Shown here: positions 58,615-64,000 of the stretch, piece by piece | Layout: each line of letters starts with the position of its first letter | Position numbering within the stretch: position 1 is the first letter of the stretch | DNA from: an uncultured Alphaproteobacteria bacterium | GTDB lineage: Bacteria > Pseudomonadota > Alphaproteobacteria > Rickettsiales > CAIJLX01 | Direction of reading: 5' to 3' | DNA: 64,000 nucleotides | Assembly (NCBI GenBank): GCA_903821695.1 | Contig: CAIJLX010000067.1 | Coordinates: 4,956 to 68,955, forward strand | Notes under the pieces: model-generated | Told to the model about the DNA's origin: nothing | Seen by the model: the letters and a program-made list of their open reading frames with translations, nothing else | Databases searched by the model: none | Position numbers and translations under genes: made by a program

Positions 58615-59306
58615 TTCACTTCTCGCGCAATCCAGACCACTCGGCCGATGATATTGATATCAGTAAGAGGGCGAGTATGCGGTGCATAATTTAAATTGTC
58701 GGAAAGAATTTGCACTGTGCCATCGGGCTGCAATTCCAACCGTTTCACAATTAAACCAAACCCATCGAACAACACAAAGATACCAGCCGGGCTTGGTGTA
58801 GTTTCTTTGAGATTAATTAAAACAGTATCACCTTCCGAAAGCGTAGGCGCCATGCTATCGCCTTTGACATCGACTACACGCAACTCATTTGGATTGGCGT
58901 TTAGTTTTTGTTTCACCCAGTTGCGATTGAAGAAGAATGGTTTGTCATCTCGCTCTTGCGTTACCATGCTGGCACCCGCTGCTGAAGTTTCAACGGCGAG
59001 TGATGCAATCGATAAAATTTCATTCGATTTCTGTTCTGTTTTGGGATGTTTGCCACCGCCCCATGATTCTTCGCCATAGAGCAAATACGACATGCTGACA
59101 CCGAGCGAATTCGCGACGGCGGATAATTTATGTGTGGTTGGATTGAGTGATTTTCCGCTCAACACATCATAGACAAAAGAACGCCCAACCTCTGCGTTTT
59201 CCGCCAGTTCGCGCGCATTCACTTGCGCACGTTCCATGGCAATGCGCAGGCGTTCGATCAAGGCCTGGTTCATTTCGTAGGATTCTTTTTTCTTCTTTTC
59301 TTCCAC
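58611..59306 (-). CDS. XRE-type HTH / S24 peptidase repressor (phage cI/LexA-like, autocleavable type)
   Basis: 231 aa. N-terminal HTH ([20 protein letters not shown]...[15 protein letters not shown]) and C-terminal S24 with [10 protein letters not shown] (Ser) and IVKRL (Lys). Alternative ATG at 59273. Confidence 0.85.
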   Translation of the reverse strand: MEEKKKKESYEMNQALIERLRIAMERAQVNARELAENAEVGRSFVYDVLSGKSLNPTTHKLSAVANSLGVSMSYLLYGEESWGGGKHPKTEQKSNEILSIASLAVETSAAGASMVTQERDDKPFFFNRNWVKQKLNANPNELRVVDVKGDSMAPTLSEGDTVLINLKETTPSPAGIFVLFDGFGLIVKRLELQPDGTVQILSDNLNYAPHTRPLTDINIIGRVVWIAREVN

Positions 59307-59347
59307 CTTTACATCCTAACGCAAATTTGTGACAATTCGACCAAAAT

Positions 59348-59950
59348 ATGAATACGCTAACACTCACATCGCTGTTGATCACGAAATTCTGCCATGATTT
59401 GGCGGGGCCTTTGGGCGGGTTGCAAAATGGGATTGAGTTCCTCGCGGAATCCGAAAGTTCGGATGCGGCGGAGCTACTCGGCCTTAGCAGCTCTGAGGCT
59501 TCCGCACGGTTGCAAATTTTCCGCAATGCCTATGGCACGTTTGCGTTGCAGAGCCCTGCGAATGCGGCAGAAATCGAGCAAATGGTGCATGGGTTTTTAA
59601 AACAAACCAAACTTGCGGCGAATATAAATTTGACCGGTTCGCTTACCCAACAAACTCGCAGTGCATTGTTGCAGCAAGTGCTCATCGCACATCAATTATT
59701 GATTTATGGCGGGCGGTTGGAGATTAGTTGTAATGGCAAACAGCTCACCGTAAATGGTTCGGCCGAAAAAATGCATGATGATGCAGAGATCAAAGACTTG
59801 CTCATGGGCTCTGGTGCGCTCAAAATTTCGGAGAGTGCTACCCCGAAATTAATTCATGCATTATATTGGCGCGAATATGCCAATGTGAACAATCTCAAAT
59901 TTAATTCCCGTTTTGAGGCAAATCAGTTCCATTTTACGACAGTTTGGTAG
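59348..59950 (+). CDS. chpT: Histidine phosphotransferase ChpT-like
   Basis: 200 aa. LLITKFCHDLAGPLGGLQNGIEFL aligns with the Caulobacter ChpT motif LAARLCHDFISPASAIVSGLDLL (recalled), including the phospho-His. The second conserved block is SSSEASARLQIFRNAYG. Confidence 0.75.
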   Translation: MNTLTLTSLLITKFCHDLAGPLGGLQNGIEFLAESESSDAAELLGLSSSEASARLQIFRNAYGTFALQSPANAAEIEQMVHGFLKQTKLAANINLTGSLTQQTRSALLQQVLIAHQLLIYGGRLEISCNGKQLTVNGSAEKMHDDAEIKDLLMGSGALKISESATPKLIHALYWREYANVNNLKFNSRFEANQFHFTTVW

Positions 59951-60033
59951 CTCCTAAGCCATTGATACTACAATCGAATTCGCTATAATTTCGGCATAGC
60001 AACGATTGGCATTTCAAAGGTTTCGGCAGCGTT

Positions 60034-62700
60034 ATGGATGACCTGATTGGCGAGTTTCTAACGGAGACCAATGAGAGCCTCGGCTTGCTAGATATCGAGC
60101 TCGTGAAGCTCGAAAAAAATCCAGAAGACCAACAAATACTCGGCCTCATTTTCCGTGTGATGCACACAATCAAAGGTACGTGCGGATTTTTAGGTCTGCC
60201 ACGCTTAGAACATGTCGCGCACGCCTCCGAAAACGTGATGGGCAAAATCCGCGATGGAGCAATGACGGCAACACCGGAAGTGATCTCACTGGTGCTCACT
60301 TCGATTGATCGGATTAAAGAATTGATCCAGAAACTGGAGGAATTGGGCAAAGAACCCGAGGGTGATGATACTGAAATTATCAATCTGCTCAATGCGTGTG
60401 CGGAAAGTTGCGGTGGATCGCTTTCTGGTAGTGCGCCACCACCGCCAACGCCAGTGGAAGCGATGCCGATGGATGATGTGGAAACGGATGCGGGTGGGAA
60501 TGTGTCGCTTGAGGAATTGGAGCGGATTTTCCAGAATACGCCGGTGGATGCGGCGATTGCGGCGAATGTAATTGTGCCGGTAAAACCAACACCTAAAAAA
60601 GCACAGCAAGATGCGGTGGCGGAGGGGTTGAAGGCGGTTGAGCAGCATGGTGAGGGCGGCAATGTTTCCGGGCAGAGTATTCGGGTGAATATCGATGTAC
60701 TGGAAAATTTAATGCAGATGGTGAGCGAGTTGGTGCTGACGCGCAATCAGTTGATTCAAATCGCACGCAACCGCAATGACCCGGAATTTATTACGCCGAT
60801 GCAGCGTTTGAGCCACATCACAACTGATCTGCAAGAAGGCGTAATGAAAACACGGATGCAGCCGATTGGTAATGCCTGGGCGAAATTTCCACGGCTGATT
60901 CGTGATCTCGCATTGGAGCTGAAGAAAAAAATTGAGCTGAAAATGTTGGGGGCGGAAACAGAGCTTGATCGGCAAATGCTTGAGATGATTAAAGATCCGC
61001 TGACGCATATGGTGCGTAACTCGGCCGATCATGGCTTAGAAGGGCCGGATGAGCGGCGGGCGGCGGGGAAGAATGAAGTCGGTACGGTGACGCTGAGCGC
61101 CTATCATGAAGGCGGGCATATTCTGATTAAGATTATTGATGATGGCCGTGGGATTAATATTGAGCGGGTGAAGCAGAAGGCACTCGCCAATGGCATCGCA
61201 ACGCAGAGCGAAATTGATCAGATGAGTGAACAGCAAATTTGCCAGTTCATTTTTAAAGCTGGGTTTTCGACGGCGGAAAAAGTGACTTCGGTTTCTGGGC
61301 GTGGTGTTGGGATGGATGTAGTGATTACCAACATCCAAAAAATTGGCGGTTCGGTGGAATTATTTTCGGTGCAGGGCAAGGGCTCCACATTCGTTATTAA
61401 GTTGCCACTCACGCTCGCGATTATGCCGGCGTTGGTGGTGGAATGCTCTAAGCAGCGATTTGCGATTCCACAGATTGGTGTGAGTGAGATTGTTTCGATT
61501 TTTACGGAGGAACCGAAAGATTATGTGATTGAGGAAATCAATGGCTCGAAAGTGCTGCGGCTGCGCGAACATTTATTGCCACTCTTTTCGTTGCAACAAT
61601 TATTGCAATTGCCGGAACAGAGTGCACAGGCAGAAGAATTATTCGTCGTGGTTTGCCATGTCGCTTCTTATGAATTCGGGCTGATTGTCGATCGCGTGTT
61701 TGATACGGAAGAGATTGTGGTGAAGCCGGTCGCGCCGGTGTTGAAGGCGATCGAGGTTTATTCTGGTGCCACGATTTTGGGTGATGGCAGTGTCATCATG
61801 ATTTTGGATCCGAATGGAATTGTAAAAACGGCGGGAATGGCGAATCCTAACGGTACGAAAGATGATGCAGCGAATGAGAAAAAAGGATTTATCGAAGATC
61901 AACTTGTTACATTTCTGGTGTTTAAAGCGGGCGGCAAAACCACAAAATGTGTACCGCTAGAATTGGTTTCGCGGTTGGAGGAAATTAAGGCCGATACGAT
62001 TGAGTGGTCGGGCCATTCGCAAGTGGTGCAATATCGTGGTGATTTGATGCATTTGATTACGCTCGATAGCAATTATACCATTCCTGAAACGGGCATTGTG
62101 CAGGTTGTTGTGTTCTCCGATGAAGGCCGCATTTTAGGGGTGGTGGTAGAGGAAATTCTTGATATCGCCGAAGCCTATATGGAGGTGAAGGGGACGAATG
62201 TGAACACGGGTTCATTGGGCAGCTTGATTATTAATGAGAAGAGCACCGATTTGCTAGATATCGGCCATTTCTTCGCGCAGCATTTTAAAGATTGGCACAA
62301 AGCGGAAGCGGAAAAAGAATCCGACCAATCTGCAACACATGTGTTGTTAATTGATGACAGCCCGTTCTTCCGCAAATTTATGAAGCCGATTTTAACTGCT
62401 GCGAAATATCGGGTGACAACGGCGGAAAGTGCCATTCAGGCGGTGGAATGGATTGAAGGCGGATTTACCTGCAACGCCATTATCACCGATATCGATATGC
62501 CGGAAATGGATGGCATCGAGTTCCTGCAAAAATTCCGTAGCATGGGCAAACAGACGCCGGTGGTGGCACTTAGCTCATTTTCGAATGATGAAATTTTGAT
62601 GAAAACGGATGATGTGAAATTTGACGGCTATGTGTCGAAAGCCAATCGCGATGCGTTGGTTGCGACGTTGGGTAAAATATTACAGGCGGAGACGGTATGA
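60034..62700 (+). CDS. cheA: Chemotaxis histidine kinase CheA, hybrid form (Hpt, dimerisation/HATPase, two CheW-like domains, C-terminal receiver)
   Basis: 888 aa. Hpt motif FRVMHTIKGTCGFLGL, HATPase G-boxes (DDGRGI, GRGVGMD), two CheW-like segments, and a receiver VLLIDDSPFFR...IITDIDMPEMDG...S..K. Confidence 0.93.
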   Translation: MDDLIGEFLTETNESLGLLDIELVKLEKNPEDQQILGLIFRVMHTIKGTCGFLGLPRLEHVAHASENVMGKIRDGAMTATPEVISLVLTSIDRIKELIQKLEELGKEPEGDDTEIINLLNACAESCGGSLSGSAPPPPTPVEAMPMDDVETDAGGNVSLEELERIFQNTPVDAAIAANVIVPVKPTPKKAQQDAVAEGLKAVEQHGEGGNVSGQSIRVNIDVLENLMQMVSELVLTRNQLIQIARNRNDPEFITPMQRLSHITTDLQEGVMKTRMQPIGNAWAKFPRLIRDLALELKKKIELKMLGAETELDRQMLEMIKDPLTHMVRNSADHGLEGPDERRAAGKNEVGTVTLSAYHEGGHILIKIIDDGRGINIERVKQKALANGIATQSEIDQMSEQQICQFIFKAGFSTAEKVTSVSGRGVGMDVVITNIQKIGGSVELFSVQGKGSTFVIKLPLTLAIMPALVVECSKQRFAIPQIGVSEIVSIFTEEPKDYVIEEINGSKVLRLREHLLPLFSLQQLLQLPEQSAQAEELFVVVCHVASYEFGLIVDRVFDTEEIVVKPVAPVLKAIEVYSGATILGDGSVIMILDPNGIVKTAGMANPNGTKDDAANEKKGFIEDQLVTFLVFKAGGKTTKCVPLELVSRLEEIKADTIEWSGHSQVVQYRGDLMHLITLDSNYTIPETGIVQVVVFSDEGRILGVVVEEILDIAEAYMEVKGTNVNTGSLGSLIINEKSTDLLDIGHFFAQHFKDWHKAEAEKESDQSATHVLLIDDSPFFRKFMKPILTAAKYRVTTAESAIQAVEWIEGGFTCNAIITDIDMPEMDGIEFLQKFRSMGKQTPVVALSSFSNDEILMKTDDVKFDGYVSKANRDALVATLGKILQAETV

Positions 62701-63182
62701 ATAATCTCGTAGTCGCCAACAAAACGAAATTACGGGCGGCAGATAGCATCAAAGATTTTGTGACGATGAGGGTGGCGGGGCAGCTTTTTGGTATTCCGGT
62801 GATGCTGGTGCAAGATGTGTTGCGGCCACAAAAAATAACGCCGATTCCGTTGGCGCCGAAAGAAGTGGCGGGCTCGCTCAATTTACGTGGGCGAATTGTG
62901 ACGGCGATTGATGTACGCAAACGGTTGGGGCTTGAGGCACGGGCGGAGAAGGAAAAATATATGCTGGTCGCCGTCGAGCATAAAAACGATATTTATAGTT
63001 TAGTGGTGGACAGTGTGGGTGAGGTGTTGAGCCTTTCTATTAAAGATTTTCAGGCAAACCCAACTAACCTGAATCCTAATTGGCAACAGGTTTCGCTGGG
63101 AATTTACAGGCTTAAAGAGGAACTCCTTATTGTACTCGATGCTGAAAATCTGTTATCATTTGATGTGAGTGGGAAAAGGTAG
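62697..63182 (+). CDS. cheW: Chemotaxis coupling protein CheW
   Basis: 161 aa with a CheW-like fold sequence (FVTMRVAGQLFGIPVMLVQDVL, NLRGRIVTAID). The start overlaps the cheA stop. Confidence 0.9.
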   Translation: MNNLVVANKTKLRAADSIKDFVTMRVAGQLFGIPVMLVQDVLRPQKITPIPLAPKEVAGSLNLRGRIVTAIDVRKRLGLEARAEKEKYMLVAVEHKNDIYSLVVDSVGEVLSLSIKDFQANPTNLNPNWQQVSLGIYRLKEELLIVLDAENLLSFDVSGKR

Positions 63183-63187
63183 GCGAT

Positions 63188-63559
63188 ATGGCAAAAACAG
63201 CATTAGTCGTTGATGATTCGAAAGTAGTGCGGTTATTTGCACGGCGAATTCTGGAGGAACTTGGGTTTAGAGTGCAAGAAGCAGAAGATGGCCAAGCCGC
63301 CCTCACCAACTGCAAAGCCGAATTGCCTGGCTTCATATTGCTCGATTGGAACATGCCGGTGATGAATGGTTTGGAATTTATTCAAGCCTTCCGCAAATTG
63401 CCGAAAGCGGATACGGTTCCGGTTATTTTCTGCACCACCGAAAATGAAATGGCCAAAATCATGACTGCGCTCGAAAATGGTGCGAATGAATATATTATGA
63501 AGCCGTTTGATAAGGAAATTCTCTCCGGCAAATTGTCGCAATTAAATATCACTCCCTAA
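63188..63559 (+). CDS. cheY: Chemotaxis response regulator CheY
   Basis: 123 aa single receiver domain with VVDDS, LLDWNMPVMNG and YIMKPF. Confidence 0.92.
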   Translation: MAKTALVVDDSKVVRLFARRILEELGFRVQEAEDGQAALTNCKAELPGFILLDWNMPVMNGLEFIQAFRKLPKADTVPVIFCTTENEMAKIMTALENGANEYIMKPFDKEILSGKLSQLNITP

Positions 63560-64000
63560 ATGTCTATTCCTACCAAGCCCCGTATTCGTGTGATGATGGT
63601 TGATGATTCCTCTGTCATCCGCGGAATGGTGACACGTGTGCTTGAAGCCGCAAACATTGAAGTGGTCGCCACCGCCGCCAGCCCCGCCGCCGCACTCACC
63701 ATTTTAAAACGCCCAGCGCCACATAAAACCGAAGTCGATATTTTGATTCTCGATGTGCAGCTTTCCGGCAAAGGCGATGCCTCAATCATCAAAGAATTCC
63801 GCAAAATCGATCCGGCGATTCACATCATCATCGCCGCCACGCTCAATGAAACCAACGTGCTAAATAGTATTGATGCGCTCGAACAAGGGGCCGATGAACT
63901 GGTCGCCAAACCAAGCTCACGTAAGGCTCCCGGCGAAACGGAAAGTTTTGTGCGCGAACTGCTCACCAAAGTAAAAAAACTGGCGGGCATTGCGGAAGAA
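63560..64000 (+). CDS. cheB: Response regulator, CheB-like methylesterase N-terminal receiver domain (runs off the right edge)
   Basis: Open-ended, so it is not in the track. Translation from the ATG at 63560 (TAAATG junction with cheY) gives MSIPTKPRIRVMMVDDSSVIRGMVTRVLE...ILDVQLSG...VAKPSS. Only the REC part is visible, so the methylesterase identity is inferred from context. Confidence 0.7.
   Translation, partial: MSIPTKPRIRVMMVDDSSVIRGMVTRVLEAANIEVVATAASPAAALTILKRPAPHKTEVDILILDVQLSGKGDASIIKEFRKIDPAIHIIIAATLNETNVLNSIDALEQGADELVAKPSSRKAPGETESFVRELLTKVKKLAGIAEE

Noticed and set aside
59934-60746. 270-aa minus-strand ORF overlapping the chpT end and the cheA 5' region
   Set aside because: It is antisense to clear ChpT and CheA Hpt coding sequence. 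It is Ser/Cys/Pro-rich and low-complexity, and it would have to span the intergenic region.
1-64000. CRISPR arrays, IS elements, integrases, prophage blocks, and known defence or secretion-system gene sets
   Set aside because: No regularly spaced repeats and no transposase, integrase, Cas or restriction-like translation appeared in any listed frame. The only phage-like gene is the lone cI/LexA-type S24 repressor at 58611-59306.

Overview
The window is a gene-dense chromosomal segment (about 65 protein genes, no rRNA, tRNA or CRISPR seen) that looks alphaproteobacterial. Supporting markers are a ChpT phosphotransferase, perfect CtrA boxes, a class I LysRS, a CobS/CobT pair and a TrxR-like FNR. 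An ankyrin protein, a eukaryote-like type 2 IleRS and small palindromic hairpin repeats hint at a host-associated lineage, but that is inference only. Most genes are housekeeping, in this order: lon(partial)-clpX-clpP; carB-orf-carA; tolQRA; apt, a nucleosidase, a Rieske oxygenase and an APC transporter; tolB; lysK; HAD; tlpA; argH-lptM-lysA; ileS; cobT-cobS-dapE; yejB-yejA; dnaQ-coaE-aroE; M16 peptidase; fnr; ompA-like; pyrH-tsf-rpsB; scoBA; gatCA; chpT-cheA-cheW-cheY-cheB(partial). I found no recognisable defence island, prophage or transposase. The items I rank highest are: (1) a secreted 510-aa protein with 38 cysteines and Ser/Gly tracts, with no family I recognise, divergent from a GT1 glycosyltransferase. 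(2) chpT lying directly upstream of a CheA-REC hybrid chemosensory operon, together with two CtrA boxes in front of tandem paralogous helical-repeat genes. (3) A periplasmic ankyrin/coiled-coil/SPOR protein. (4) A 6.6-kb mixed-orientation block splitting tolQRA from tolB, which includes a P-loop protein with a GKP Walker A, and no pal gene after tolB. (5) Orphan ORFs tightly wedged between carA and carB, after clpX, and between ileS and cobT. All family names are my reading of the translations. No database search was run.
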